DNA of 64,000 nt from Octopus vulgaris (taxonomy: Eukaryota). This document shows positions 1-15,626 of this stretch, one piece after another. Within the stretch, counting starts at the first letter, position 1; the number at the start of each line of letters is the position of its first letter. The position numbers and the translations under genes were made by a program. Location of the stretch: the NCBI GenBank assembly GCA_951406725.2, contig OX597831.1:79608001-79672000 (forward strand), read 5' to 3'. The notes under the pieces were generated by a model, which worked only from the letters and a program-made list of their open reading frames with translations, did no database searches and was not told where the DNA came from.

Positions 1-215
<215 letters not shown>

Positions 216-854
216 TGATGATTGTAGTTGTGGGCTATGGCGGTGGGATAGCAGTCGGTTTTTCGGGGGTTAGGGCTAAGGTTTTGGCGGTGATGGTGCC
301 GATGGTAGCACCAGTGGTGGAATTGGTGGTGCGATGTTGATGGCGCTGACGCTATTGGCGGTGAAAGTGATGTTGGAGTTTGTTAAAATTTTTCCTTCGT
401 CACGAACCAGAGCATCACCCCCCACCACCACCAACAATAACAACAACAACACCGGCGCCACCGCCATCATCATTATCACTACAAATACAGGCACTATTAC
501 AACCGCCATCACCACAACCTAACTACCAGCGCCATCTCCACGTACTTTAAGTTAATAAGGTCGGGCTTAAAATAATGGGTTAATTAACCCGTGTTAATGA
601 AACAATGAGGGAAGTTGAATCAGACGGTGTTTGGGTGGGGTGGATGGGGAGAGTGATGTACGAGTAGCAGGAGGAGGGAGAGGACGAGAGAACAGAGCGA
701 GCGACTAAGAGAAAGAGAGTGAGAGAGAGAGAGAGAGAGATAGGAAGGGAGGAAGGTGGAAGATGAAAAACGTATCGTTCTTGCTACTACCATCATCGTC
801 ATAATCATAATCATCATCGTTATCATTCTTATCATCATCCTCATTATCTTCATC

Positions 855-894
<40 letters not shown>

Positions 895-910
895 TTCATC
901 ATCATCATTG

Positions 911-962
<52 letters not shown>

Positions 963-969
963 AACAATC

Positions 970-1000
<31 letters not shown>

Positions 1001-1030
1001 TATACATATATACATATATATACATATATA

Positions 1031-2097
1031 TATAATAACAATTTAATAAATAAAACATATGCATACATACATACATATATGTACATACCTACATCTATAT
1101 GTATATATACATGCATATATGGGTAAAGGACACCACAAATAAACGTAGAACACAACGAGAAACGAAAACAAAAAAACAAAACAAGGAAACGGACTTTTTT
1201 TAACAACGAAAAAATAGAGTATAAGACAAACAACACAAGGAACATTCCCCTTCTTCAGCTGCCCCTGCTTTGACTCATAGCTTGTTTCGAAGTTAAGGGC
1301 AGAACACGACTACCTTGAAATAGTCCTTCCCGCAAAGCGAATTAAGTAAAAAATCTTTTGCGGAGGGGTAAAAAAAGTGACAAGAACAGGACGTAAAAGC
1401 AATACAAATAAAGAGAATAAAACAGTATAAATAAAGATAAAAACAGTAAAAGACAGGACAAGGAGAAACCAACAATAAGGGCCATTTTAAGCCTGGACGG
1501 TGGAAAAATTCATTTGAACGCATTCTGAAGAATGGCTTACGAGGAGAGAAAAAGCCGTTGTTGACTTGTTGAAGGCAGTAGACAGAAAGAAAGTTAGTAG
1601 CCCTCTGGGCAGCGACGAGAGGGAGGAAGAGATGTGAGGGAGAGAGAGGAAACGGTGAAAGGGAGAGCAGAAGAAACAAGAAAGGATGAAAAATAAGGAG
1701 AGAGACAGGTAGAGAGGAAGACAGACAGGCAGGGAGGAAAGATCAAGTAAAGAGTTAAGAGTATGCGTCATAATTATTGAAATAAATCTTACTTGGGAGA
1801 AGACGACGACGCGTGCGTTCAATCATATAATAACAATTTAATAAATAAAATATACGCATACATACATACATATATATATGTACATACATACATCTATATG
1901 TATATACATGCATATATGGGTATAGGACACCACAAATAAACGTAGAACACAACGAGAAACGAAAACAAAAACAAAAACATGGAAACGGACTTTTTTTAAC
2001 AACGAAAAAACAGAGTACAAGACAAACAACATAAGGAACATTCCCCTTCTTCAGCTGCCTCTGCTTCGACTCATTGCGTGTTTCGAAGGTAAGGGCA
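1031..2097. repeat. Partial tandem (about 1.3-unit) repeat with a pseudo-LTR-like layout, possible Penelope-like remnant
   Basis: 1031-1301 and 1826-2097 are similar direct repeats (shared GGACACCACAAATAAACGTAGAACACAACGAGAAACG and ACATTCCCCTTCTTCAGCTGCC), period about 795 bp. The Penelope assignment is inference. Confidence 0.6.
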
Positions 2098-2110
2098 ATA
2101 TATATATACA

Positions 2111-2304
2111 TTTTTCTAGTTTCAGCTCAGAGCTGCGGCCATGCTGATGCACCGCCGTTTGATCACCACCCCCTGCTGGAGACGCGTGGAGCTTTTTTAG
2201 GTGTTTTCGCTCAAAAGACACTCACAACGCCCGGTCTGGGAATCGAAACCGCGATCCTACGACCGCGAGTCCGCTGCCCTAACCACTGGGCCATTGCGCC
2301 TCCA
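2111..2304 (-). mobile_element. tRNA-Arg-like SINE (family C head) with family A-type tail
   Basis: Minus strand has A box TGGCCCAGTGG, TCG anticodon-like GGACTCGCGG and B box GTTTCGATTCC. The tail is GGCGGTGCATCAGCATGGCCGCAG...TGAAACTAG. Confidence 0.85.
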
Positions 2305-2319
2305 TATATATATATGTAT

Positions 2320-2460
<141 letters not shown>

Positions 2461-2529
2461 TAAATTAACAGAATGATATAAAAAAATCCAAGGCTGAGAA
2501 TGGATTTAGGAACATTTATAAAAAGAATG

Positions 2530-2575
2530 TCTTACCGGTGTTTCCGGGAGATTTTATATATCCCTTCGTCAGAGA
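2530..2575 (-). ncRNA. Minimal type I hammerhead ribozyme motif (family P1)
   Basis: Minus strand reads UCU-CUGACGA-A-GGGA(uauauaaaauc)UCCC-G-GAAA-C-ACCGGU-A^AGA: intact core, palindromic stem III, 3-bp stem I. Confidence 0.6.
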
Positions 2576-2749
2576 TGGTGCGAGGAAATGTAATAGTTAT
2601 TATAAAGAAGATATGAAGGAATGAAAACAGACGTGAGATACGTAAGGATATTGCACGTGCAGTTCCATTATAGAGACAGAATGATGCATATATAACATTC
2701 CTGTACCTTGTGAGTGGGTTCCAATGGTGTTTCCAACACACATACACAC

Positions 2750-2844
<95 letters not shown>

Positions 2845-2890
2845 GACGGGCTTCTTTCAGTTTCCGTCTGCCAAGTCCACTCACAAGGCT

Positions 2891-3374
2891 TTTGTTGTTT
2901 TTGGCGATAAACTCACGAGTGAAGAGAGCCCAAGTGACAGGGGGCATTGTCGTCTGGAAAAAAACCCAATTCTTCGCGCTCCACTCAACCGGTCACGTTT
3001 GCCGAATGTTCTCTCTCAAACGCTTCGAAACGCCACTGGTTTTCTAGTCTCGTATTTCGAGCATTTAACAACAATATATGGTCTTCATGCACAAGCGGAT
3101 AAATTTTCTCCACATTCCCAAGAGTGGCGCTCGTGGAAGGTCTTCCAGATTGCCCACTGTCTTCCAGAGATGTTCTGCTTTTGAGGCGCCCATGCCACTC
3201 GAAGCCTTGCGTACGACCCATTGCCTCGGTGCTGTAAGCTTCCCGAAACATGCCCAATGTCTCCGTAGCAGACTTCCCAAGTTTAATGCGAAAGTTCTTT
3301 GTTCCGACTTCCTGCCCATGACAAAATCGCAGACTACAGCATATCACGTGATCACAAAAGCTATAATTTCACAA

Positions 3375-3375
<1 letters not shown>
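2891..3375 (-). pseudogene. Mariner transposase remnant (N-terminal HTH joined to DNAPxH region by internal deletion)
   Basis: Translation KLGKSATETLGMFREAYSTEAMGRTQGFEWHGRLK..RTSLED..SGRPST matches the mariner HTH. The downstream fragment encodes DDNAPCH...TREFIAKNN. Confidence 0.85.
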
Positions 3376-4145
<770 letters not shown>

Positions 4146-4370
4146 CCCATATATATAGAACTATACATATACACATAGACGTGTGTGTGTCTGAATATAC
4201 ATTTACGTATATATATGCACATGTATATAGATGTATGTATGTATATAGATGTATGTATATATGTATGTATGTATGTATGTAAGTATGTATATATGTATGT
4301 ATGAATGTATGTGTGTGTATGTATGTATGTATATATGTATGTATGTATGTATGATGTATGTATGTATGTA

Positions 4371-4406
<36 letters not shown>

Positions 4407-4442
4407 TGTATGTATGTATGTATGTGTGTGTATGTATGTATG

Positions 4443-4475
<33 letters not shown>

Positions 4476-4540
4476 GTGTGTATGTATGTATGTATATATG
4501 TATGTATGTATATGTGTATGTATATATGTATGTATGTATG

Positions 4541-4574
<34 letters not shown>

Positions 4575-4646
4575 TGTGTGTGTATGTATGTTTGTATGTA
4601 TGTATGTATATATGTATGTATGTATGTATGTATGTAAGCATGTATG

Positions 4647-4679
<33 letters not shown>

Positions 4680-5043
4680 GTGTGTGCGTGTGGTGTGTGT
4701 GTGTGTTGTCTACGGTGTGTGTGTGTGCGTGAGCGTTTCTCAGGTTGTTCGTAAGTAACCATATGTTGTTTGTAGTTAGGACGATGATCTCCATTAACAC
4801 TGAAGAAAAAATAATGATTGTTTTGAAAGAAGTATCTCTAATGGCGTCGGTGCCGTTGCTCCTGGTGACAACAGTGGCGGTGGTGTTGGTGATGGTGGTG
4901 GTGGTGATGGTGATGGTGGTGTTATGGGAGGGGGTGGATATGGAATGTTCAGTAACGTTATACGATAGCTTAATTTAGTTGATTCACTGTACAATCCCAC
5001 AGTAAGTAACCAGTGCGTGTGTATGTATGCGTTTATTTATGTA

Positions 5044-5086
<43 letters not shown>

Positions 5087-5113
5087 ATATATATATATAT
5101 TTATATATATATG

Positions 5114-5159
<46 letters not shown>

Positions 5160-5328
5160 TATACAAATGTATATACATACAAATATTTATGTATATATAC
5201 ATATTAATATGTATGTTTGTATATATATACATGTAAATATATACATACAAATTTATATGTATATACATATACATATATATGCATTATATATATTTATATA
5301 TATATATATGTATATATATGTGTATATA

Positions 5329-5373
<45 letters not shown>

Positions 5374-5761
5374 ATATATATATGTACATATATATATGCA
5401 TATATATACATATTTATATGTATATATGTATATATATGTATATATATACACACACATATATATGTATACATGTATATATATATGTGTGTGTATGTGTGTA
5501 TATATATAAATGTATATATATTTACATGTGTGTCTACGTAGGCGTGTGCTTATATACGTATATACATATTTATGTATGAATATACATATACATATAGAGA
5601 GAAAGAGACAGAGAGGGCAATATATGTTTGCATGTTCGCGTGTATATAAGCCCTGCTTTGCCTGGCACCTATAGAGTTAATGACACCTTTTAAAATTGCT
5701 AAAGATGACATTAACATTTCCCCCAACCTTGTACAAACTGTCATACACCCACATATATACA

Positions 5762-5821
<60 letters not shown>

Positions 5822-5932
5822 GGTGTTACTACCTATTAACAGTTATATATATTTATAATTAGATCGACAAATGGACATATACACATATAAGTAGAAAGGT
5901 ACATAAAAGAATAAGTAGAAAGATAGGTAAGC

Positions 5933-6099
<167 letters not shown>

Positions 6100-6100
6100 T

Positions 6101-6187
6101 AGGCGCAGGAGTGGCTGTGTGGTAAGTAGCTTGTTTACCAACCACATGGTTCTGGGTGAGTTCAGTCCCTCTGTATGGCACCTTGAG
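6101..6187 (+). mobile_element. SINE family A head, truncated at the RTE fragment
   Basis: GGCGCAGGAGTGGCTGTGTGGTAAGTAGCTTG...GTTCAGTCCC...GGCACCTTG. Confidence 0.8.
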
Positions 6188-6640
6188 TTGTCGACGAAGA
6201 CCAAACACGTAACATGAAAAAGGCGGATCACGGAGCGTCCGGCTGTGGCCAATCAGTCCGCTGAGCTCGACAGGCTCAACCGAGGGTTGGACGCTGGTGG
6301 TCTGTTGGGACTGATGAAGGCAAGGAGTTGGCTCTGGACTTCTGTAGTTCATGTTTTTTTTTTTGTGTCCCTGCAGTCTTGTTCTATTTGTAGGAGATGG
6401 TACCCCTGTTGGTGCAACTTCGCAAGATAGGACAGTCGGGTACTTGCATTCCCTGATCGTCGACGCTGGTCTCAAAGCTTTCCAGTTTGTTTTTTCAGTA
6501 TATCCTTGAAGCGCATCTTCTGCCCACCCTGGGTGCACTTGCCTTCCGCCAATTCACTGTAAAACAGTTTCTTGTGGTATCACGTATCAGACATTTGACC
6601 AAAGTGGCCAGCCCACCTGACTTGCGCTCTCCTCATCAGT
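6188..6640 (-). pseudogene. RTE-clade LINE 3' fragment (ORF C-terminus)
   Basis: Minus strand reads RWAGHFGQMSDT*YHKKLFYSELAEGKCTQGGQKMRFKDILKK...GLIGHSR, matching the RTE motif RWAGH...LYGEL...GGQxKRxKDxLK. Confidence 0.88.
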
Positions 6641-7518
6641 ATGTAAATACCTTATCAATCGACCGAATACCTTAAAGGCTTTATGCCTTATAAACTAAAC
6701 ACTGTATAGGCTGAATGCGTTAAAAATGAATGCTTCACTTTCTGCATGCTTACACAATTGAATGCCTCAGAAAGGAATGCTTTGGCCGCTAAATGCTTTA
6801 CATGCTTTATCGATTGAATGCTTTAAAAATGGAAAGCTTTACTGACCTCGTTATTAGTGGAATGAATGCAGAAAGTCTAAGAGACTGAACGCCATACACA
6901 CAGTCGTTTCCATTTAATTGTATAGCCTCGTTGATTGAATTTTTTATGAAATCAATAGAGACGTGGCCCATTATTGTAACCCTCTTAAAGTAGACTCAGC
7001 GTGACACAAGGTACGACAAGGTCGTGTCATACACTTTTAATATGCAGGTACGCTAAATCTAACGAGCTTCAGCATAGTATCAATCAAAAAAATTTTACTC
7101 ACATGGTTTACATTACCCGAACTTAAAAACACTTGCCCCAAGACTTCACCAAGCGCGCAGTAGGATCGAACCCGTGACTCAGGAACGTGAAACTAACTCT
7201 TCAACCAACCAGTCATGCTCCGCTCAGTCAGTAATGAAGCAAAAATAAGAACTTCTTTTATGGATATCGAAAGGCTGAAAAGAACAGTCAACCATGATAA
7301 AAAAATTCATGTAGAGCCCTAAGGATTCGAAATAAGAAATCAAAACGGAATACGATTATTTAAATGAATTTTTTGAGTTGATTGTATTGTATCTCGGGAA
7401 GGTCATTCTACTAATACTAAACACACGCACTGGTGCTATTTCACTTCTTTAATTAATAGTAACTTTGTTAATTAACTAATCGATTACTTGATTAACATTT
7501 GCTTTATAAATCAGTCCA

Positions 7519-7770
7519 GTGGAGGCGCGTGGCTTAGTGGTTAGGGTGTCAGCATCATGATCATAAGATTGTGGTTTCGATTCCTGGGCCGGGCAACGCG
7601 TTGTATTCTTGAGCAAAACACTTCATTTCACGTTGCTCCAGTCCACTCAGTTGGCAAAAATGAGTAACGCTGCGATGGATTGGCGTGCCGTTCAGCTGGG
7701 GAGCACATACGCGATGGAAACCGGGAAACCGGGCCCATGAGCCTGGCTAGGCTTTAAAAGGGCGCATTTA
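7519..7770 (+). mobile_element. tRNA-derived SINE family D (CORE/V-like central region) with 15-bp TSD
   Basis: A box TGGCTTAGTGG, B box GTTTCGATTCC, then TTCTTGAGCAAAACACTT and GCGATGGATTGGCG. TSD TTATAAATCAGTCCA at 7504-7518 and 8162-8176. Confidence 0.85.
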
Positions 7771-7773
7771 TTA

Positions 7774-8156
7774 TCTATATATATATAAAACTGAAGTTGT
7801 CTATGTATGGCAGGTTTTGTAGCCTTCAACTAACACTATCTCCTCCGAGACCCTGTGGCACAATTTGACCAAAATTGAGAGTATGATAGAAGAAAGCTTG
7901 CTCTTCCTTCTGTAGAAGAAAAAATTCAAATCGGACCATGTTAACACCAACAATTATTTACATCAAAAAGGTGCTATGAAAAACTCTACTTTTTACGATT
8001 TTTTGACTGCTGTGTCGCCATTTTCGGTGTATTTCAACCAGAAAAATGTTCACTTAAAGAGAATAACAAGCTACATAATGCAAAACTTTTACTTTTCAAA
8101 AATTCCAATTCTAAAGGGTCGAAAGGAATCGGAGCAACGCCGGGCGATATTGCTAG
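7774..8156 (+). mobile_element. Non-autonomous Helitron nested in the SINE tail
   Basis: 5' TCTATATATAT, 3' hairpin CGGAGCAACGCCG and terminal CTAG. Inserted between A and T with no TSD. Confidence 0.8.
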
Positions 8157-8749
8157 TATTATTATAAATCAGTCCATTATGTTAGCCAAAGTCATGTTTC
8201 ATACACTGATTTAAGCTGACCTGAAGCAGAAAGGCAAATCATTGAAGTGGTCGTGCATGGCAACGAAAGAAATTTCCAAAAGTTGACTGATAGATCGATT
8301 AATTAAACAGTCGATATGTATAGACGCAGGCATGCCTGTATGGTAAGGAGATTTGCTGTCCACATTCATGGGTCTGCGTTCAGTCCCATGAAGTTGGACA
8401 GCAAATCTGTTACCATGCAGTCATGCCTGCGCCTATATTCGAAAAGAAAGGTAACGCAATTTTATTGGTCACTCTACGAATTGTACCGCGTACACACTAC
8501 CTCTCCACCCAGGCCCTTCTCGAATTAAAATTGAATTTTATTAATATAGCTAAGAATGTAATCATTGCTTTGATTTAATGTAGCTGTGAAAAGATGTGTA
8601 TTTATATATATTTGCGTATGTTTGTGCGCATGCGTTTCATGGGTTTCTATGTTTTGCTCCTCCTCAAATCTCGCTTTATTTGTATGAGTATATATGTGTC
8701 TATATATATATATATTTGTGTGTGTGAGTGTGTGTGTGTATGTGTGTGC

Positions 8750-8789
<40 letters not shown>

Positions 8790-9420
8790 TTGAATGTATA
8801 TGCAGGTGTGTGTGTGTGTTTATATGAGCATGCTATGTATTTACATGTCTCTCTCCCTCTCTCCCTGTGTATTTAGGTATGTATGTTTATATGTATATAC
8901 AAACACGCACACACATACACACACAGAAATATACATATATATATATACATACGTACATACATATATATATATATCCATATGTATATATGTGTATGTGTAT
9001 ATATACACACATATATATACACACACACACATATATATATGCGTGAGTGTGTGTGTGCATGTGAGTGTGTATATATATTTGTACATATGTATGTTGAAAT
9101 CCATGGCTGTGTGTTTTATACATGCATGCATATTGAGAGAGAGACAGGTGGGAGAGTGACAAATGGGATTAGAGACATAGGGAAGGGGCTGAGGAAAGAA
9201 GGGAGAAATTTAGGGAAAGTGAGACAAAGACATGTAGCGATAAAGAGAGAGAGGAGGGAGAGAGAGAGAGGGGGAGAGAGAAAGAGAGAGAGTGATGGAT
9301 GGATGGATGGATGGATGGTATGCCTTGTTTTCTCATAAGTTAGTCTTTTAAAATTCAATTTGAGGCCCGAGGCGGTGTTTTCGAGCCTGAAGGAAAAGGA
9401 ACGTGGATTTTTCAAAAACC

Positions 9421-9458
<38 letters not shown>

Positions 9459-10509
9459 ACAAATATGCATACACACGCACATACACATATATACATACAC
9501 ACACGCACATACATTAATACACACATACATATGCATTCACACTCACATACATGCACATACATTTACACACACACACACACACACACTTTTATAAATTTAT
9601 TAGAATTTCTAAACTGAAAGAATATAACAACAGCAAGGACAACAACAACAAACACAGCTACAACAACAACACCAGCAACAATAACAACGACAGCCACCAC
9701 AGCAGCGACAATGGTTCCAGTTTAAGAAAAATTTGGTTTTGGAGGGAAAAAAGAACTGAATCCATTTTCGAAAACGGGCAAGTTTAATCAAAATGGCTTC
9801 CTATCCTATCTGGATTGGATCTTCAATGAGAAGAGCAAATCTTATAAGCGTCTACAGATGTATGTGTGTGTGTGTGCATATTCGGGGACAACGGTGCTTA
9901 TGGAATTAAGCAGTTCGTTTAGTAGTCTTCAGGTCTTGGTTTCGATCCTAATGAGCGACAATTCTCTTTTTTTAAAAAATTTTTGGGGGGTTATTTTTTT
10001 TTTTTGATAATCGTACCCTCTTCTTTTATTTTATTATTTATTTAAAGTCATTGGACTGCGGACATGCTGGGGCACTGCTTTGAAAGGTTTTAGCCAAACA
10101 CATCGAACGACCCGAAACCATGTGACTAAAAACCGAGCTTCCTAACCACCCAGTTAAGCCCCACCTAATGCCTTTTTTCTTTTGTCTTTATTTATGTTTT
10201 TTTTTTTCAATCATTCTAATTTTCGGTTCGACTCAAGACTTGTAGGCGAAACTACTGGAGTTGATGGGAAATGAGGAAGCCTATGGAATAGGCTACACCA
10301 GTAATTCTAGAATTATAACCTTGTCACACATAGTATACCACCCTGGAAATTTCTTTCGGGGTATATAGATTACACAGCCACTTACAGATCAATCGTTGCC
10401 TGCAATTCAATAGATATGGTCTTGTCACACATACTGTCTCACCCTGATTCCACCCGCAGTATTACGCTCGGGGTATATGTGTGTGTGTGAAAGTATGTAT
10501 TGCATTCAC

Positions 10510-10710
10510 AATGGCAAGATCGCGGTGGTTTCGATTTCCAAACTGCATTGTGCTCTTAAGCAAGACACTTCAATCCACGTAGTTCTAATCCACTCAACTT
10601 CAAATGAGTAACCACTGCGATGGACTGGCGGCCCATCCAGGGGAATATTGTAATCTCGGTCACTTATTCACCAGGAAAACTGGGTATCTGGCCCTACAGG
10701 CCCGAGGGGT
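10510..10710 (+). mobile_element. Degenerate SINE family D
   Basis: GTGGTTTCGATT...CTTAAGCAAGACACTT...CTGCGATGGACTGGCG...CCATCCAGGGG resembles 7519-7770. Confidence 0.65.
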
Positions 10711-11189
10711 CAAAACTGTAATGTCCAGGAGATTTACAACTATATACGTTCTCGGAATACTCAACCACACTTAAAAGGAATTGTCGCATATAGCATGACA
10801 CCGAGTCTGTCTGAAAATTACGTTCTTGGTATATGTATCCGAGGAGTACTCAGCCACTGGTTTCGTTAATGCAATGAAGAGTTAATTTCAGTTGATCAAA
10901 TAAGAGGAGAGTCATCGTCGAACAGACGAAGATCCTTTGAATTTCATTTCTCTCAACGTGTGGATATCTATGGCTGTTTGGGTGCATTTTATGTAAGCCT
11001 CTGTGTGTATGTATGTATGTATGTTTGTGTGTGCGTGTGTGTGTGTTTCTATGTGTCTGTGTGCGCAGACTCAAGTATGTGTGTGTGTGGTTGCATGTCT
11101 GTGCGTCTGGCCTGCAGTGTTTTTGATTGTGATGGCGTTTTGACTGCCCATCGCCATTGATGGCCAAGCACCGGTCACACTGGTCATCC

Positions 11190-11915
11190 ACACTCTTCTC
11201 TCTCCTTCTTCCTCACTCTCTCTTCCTCTCCTTCGATCTCTTTCTCTCACTCTCTCTCTCTCTATTTCTCTTTCTGTCTCTCTCCTGCTCTCTCTCAATC
11301 TCTATCTCTCTCTTTGTGTCTCTCTCCCTCTCTCTATCTCTATTCTACCTCCATCTCTTTTCTCTTTCTCTCGCTCTCTCTGCCTCTTTATCTGTCTCTC
11401 TTTTTCGGTCTCTCTCTCTCTCTGCTTCTCTGTCTCTGTCTGTCTCTCTCTCTCTCTCTCTCTCCCGCTCTCTGCTTCTCTATCTCTCTCTACTTATTTA
11501 TCTCTCCCTCTCTCACCTCATTCTCTTTCATCTCCACTTTTCCTCTCCTTCTCTCGCATCCTCTTACTCTCACTCTCACCCTCACTTCATCTCCTCTCAC
11601 CAACCCCATTCTTCCTATCCCTCTTTCCTACTATCTCTCTCTCTTTCTCTCCCTTCTCTACTCTTTTCGTCTCTTTCTTTCTATCCTTCGTATCTTATTA
11701 TCACCGCTCACCTTTCCCTCTGTCTACCCCATTCTTCGTAGCACTTTCTTTCTCTCTCTCTCTCCCTCTCTTTCCATCTGTCTGTCTCTCTCTCTCTCTC
11801 ACTCTGTTTCTCTCTTTCTCTCCCTTTTACATATACTCACAAATTTACACACACACTCTCTCACTCTCTCACAAAAACACACATATATACATATGTACTC
11901 TCCACCCTCTCTCAT

Positions 11916-11955
<40 letters not shown>

Positions 11956-12606
11956 TCACACACTCTCTCTCCCTTTCTCTCACACAAATACACATATACT
12001 CGCACACATACGCGTACACACACACTATCTCTCAAATGTATACACACACACATTTTTTCTCTCACACACACTCACTCTCCCACACTCTTTGTTTACCTCC
12101 CCTCCACACACACTCTCTCTTTCTCTTTCCCTCACACACGCACACACACACTCTTTCTCTCTCTCACACACACACACTCAACCTCTCACGTTCTTTGTCT
12201 ATCTCTCTACACACACACTCTCTCACACACTCTCTCTTTCTCGCTCTCTCTTTCTCTCCAACACACACTCTCTCTCTTTCTCTTTCCCTCACATACACAC
12301 ACACACTCTCTCACAAGCACACAGACACACGCACTCTCTCTCTCTCACACACACACATTCAATCTCTCAGATTCTTTGTCTATCCCCACACACACACTCT
12401 CTCTCTCTCTCTTTCTCGCTCTCTCTTTCTCGCTCTCTTTCTCTTTCCCTTACACACACACTCACATACTCATGGACACACATACACACGCACTCTCTTT
12501 CTCTCACACACACTCAATCTCACATTCTTTGTCTAGCCCCACACACACACACTCTCACACACTCTATCTATCTTTCTCTCTCTCTCTTTCTCTTTCTCTC
12601 TCTGTT

Positions 12607-12660
<54 letters not shown>
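11190..12660. repeat. Degenerate (CT)n/(CA)n compound microsatellite
   Basis: Direct reading. Confidence 0.95.
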
Positions 12661-12662
<2 letters not shown>

Positions 12663-13011
12663 ACATGCACAGTTACACGTAAACAGTATCTGAACCTAAG
12701 GCAGAACTCTACAGCAACGAATGAAAGCCGTTTTTCAACACATTTATTTGCCCTTAAGAAGAATTTCTCTTCTGACGGATTGTAATAAACTTTAATTTCC
12801 TGTCTCTCCCATTCTCTTCAATTCAGATAATGTTTAATTTTCGCTAGCCCGCTGCTTCGCTTTAATTATTTGCCAATGGTTAGCACTAACCAGCTTTGCC
12901 AAAGATGGAGGCCGTCTTCCAAATTCCCGACCAATTGCGAGTGCGCATGTCTTCCGTTCTTGTCTGTCTAGCTTTCTGTTTAATTGTTTACGCTTGCGTG
13001 TTTGTTTCTTT

Positions 13012-15100
13012 TTATGTATGTATGTATGTATGTATGTATGTATGTATGTATGTATGTATGCATGTATGTATGTATGTATGCATGTATGCATGTATGCATG
13101 TATATATGTATGTATGTATGCATGTTTGCATGTATGTATGCATGTATGTATGTATGCATGCATGCATGTATGTATGTATGTATGTATGTATGTATGTACG
13201 TATGTATGTATGTATGTATGTATGCATGTATGTATGTATGCATGTATGTATGTATGTATGTATGTATGCATGTATGTATGTATGCATGCTTGCATGCATG
13301 TATGTATACATGTATGTATGTATGCATGTATGTATGTATGCATGTATGCATGTATGTATGTATGTATGTATGTATGTATGTATGCATGTATGTATGTATG
13401 CATGCATGTATGTATGTATACATGTATGCATGTATGTATGTATGTATGTATGTATGTATGCATGTATGTATGTATGCATGTATGTATGTATGTATGTATG
13501 TATGTATGCATGTATGTATGTATGCATGCTTGCATGCATGTATGTATACATGTATGTATGTATGCATGTATGTATGTATGCATGTATGCATGTATGTATG
13601 TATGTATGTATGCATGTATGTATGTATGCATGCATGTATGTATGTATACATGTATGCATGTATGTATGTATGTATGTATGTATGCATGTATGCATGTATG
13701 TATGTATGTATGTATGTATGTATGCATGTATGTATGTATGCATGCATGTATGTATGTATACATGTATGCATGTATGTATGCATGTATGTATGTATGTATG
13801 TATGCATGTATGTATGCATGTATGTATGCATGTATGCATGTATATATGTATGTATGTAAGTATGCATGTTTGTATGTATACATGCATGCATGTATGTATG
13901 TACGTACGTGTGTGTATATATTTGTGTATGTGTGTGTACGTTTTGTGTGTGTATGTGTGTAATTGTATTATATGTATACGTATGTGTTTGTGTGTTTGCA
14001 TGTGTTTATGAGCTTATGTACAAATGTGTGCGTGCGTGTATTTTGTGGGTGTGTATTCATGTGTGTTTGTGTGTTTGTGTGTATTTATTAGTTAATGTTA
14101 TGTATTTCTGTATGTGTGCTTTCATGGAATTATATGCTTGTGTGTGTGTGCATGTGTTTGTACTTGTCTCTGTGTGTGTGTTTCCGTCTATGTATGCGTG
14201 AATATGTGTGTGTGCATATATGCCTGTGTGTGTGTATATGTGTTTGTGTGCAGGTGAGTGCGTTCATGCATTTATGGGCAAGTGTGTGTTCGAGATTGTC
14301 TATGCATAAATGTGTATGGTTATGTGCCTATGCATTCATCTACACATATGTTAGTATGTGTCTATGTATTTCCAGAAGTATGCGTGTGTGTGTATGTGTG
14401 TGTAATAGAGTCCGTGACCATGCGGTCGTGTGGCTGTCATGGTATATGTGTGTGTCTGTTTATATATGTGTATGTATACGCGTGAGTATTTCGCTGACGT
14501 ATGTATGTACGTACATATGTATGTAAGCATGTGTGAATGTATGCATGTATGTACTTATGCATGTATGTATGTATGTATGTATGTATGTATATATGCATGT
14601 ATGTATGTATGTATTCATTAATGTATGTATGCATGTATGTGCGTATGTATACATGTATGTACTTATGCATGTATGTAAGTATGTATGTACGTATGTATGT
14701 ATGCATGTACGTTTGTATGTATGCAGGTATGAATTCATGTATGAATATATGCATCGATGTATTTATGCATGTATATCTGCATGTATTTACGTACGCATGT
14801 ATGGATGCATGCATACATGTATATATGCAGGTATGAATTCATATATGTATGTATTCTTGCATATATGCAAGTATGTATGTATGTATTCATTAATGTATGT
14901 ATGCATGCATGTAGGCATCTATTCATGTATATATGCATGTATGTATTTCTGTATGTATGTATGTATGAATGCATACATGTATGTATGCATATATGTATGT
15001 ATGCATAAATTGCTGTTATGTATGTATTTATGTATGCATGTATGTATGTATACATGTATACATCTATGCATGTATGTATGCTTGTATAAACGTATGTATA
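13012..15100. repeat. (TATG/CATG)n tetranucleotide tract with higher-order duplication
   Basis: The 60-nt blocks starting at 13261 and 13501 are identical, including a rare GCTTGC variant (240-bp period). Confidence 0.95.
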
Positions 15101-15626
15101 TTTTAGTATGCGCTGGTTTAAGTATATTTGAGTATATATGAGTGCGTATGCATTTATACGGGTGTCTATGGCTGCAATGATAAGGTATATGTATGTCTGC
15201 GATATATGTATGTGTGTGTATGTCTACATAGCTGCATGTGTGGCTATATAATGTGAGTGTGGGAGAGAAATGTGTGTGGCTATATAATGTGTGTATAAAT
15301 ATGTGAGTCATTGTGTCTATAAGTGCGTTTTTTTTTAATGTATCTGTATATATACGTCTAGAACCCGGCTACGGAAAACAATCTCGATGGCCATGCATGG
15401 AATGCTGACGTGGTGGTAGTGGGGGGGGGGGGCGAATAGCAATAACTTTAACCTCTACAACTGCATACCACTCAAACCTCCACCAATACAATGATGACAA
15501 TCAACATCACCGTCGGCTCTCTAGGATCTACAGGGTGGCCACTGAAAAACTGAAAGGTTTGGAAAGGTCCTAGCTTGTTTCGTTTTCAGTCTCTATCTTT
15601 TTTTTTATTGTTTACATGCTATAGAG

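Noticed and set aside
1240-1300. GAAA...GUC...CUGAAGA on the minus strand (also 2040-2095) as a type II hammerhead
   Set aside because: Stems I and III cannot be formed convincingly in either copy.
1480-1620. Penelope GIY-YIG C-terminus remnant
   Set aside because: Only a QRLFLS-like resemblance with stops; too weak without a profile search.
11314-14011. Long ORFs (459, 371, 349 aa and others)
   Set aside because: They are translations of CT/CA and TATG microsatellites, stop-free in several frames on both strands, with no domain content.
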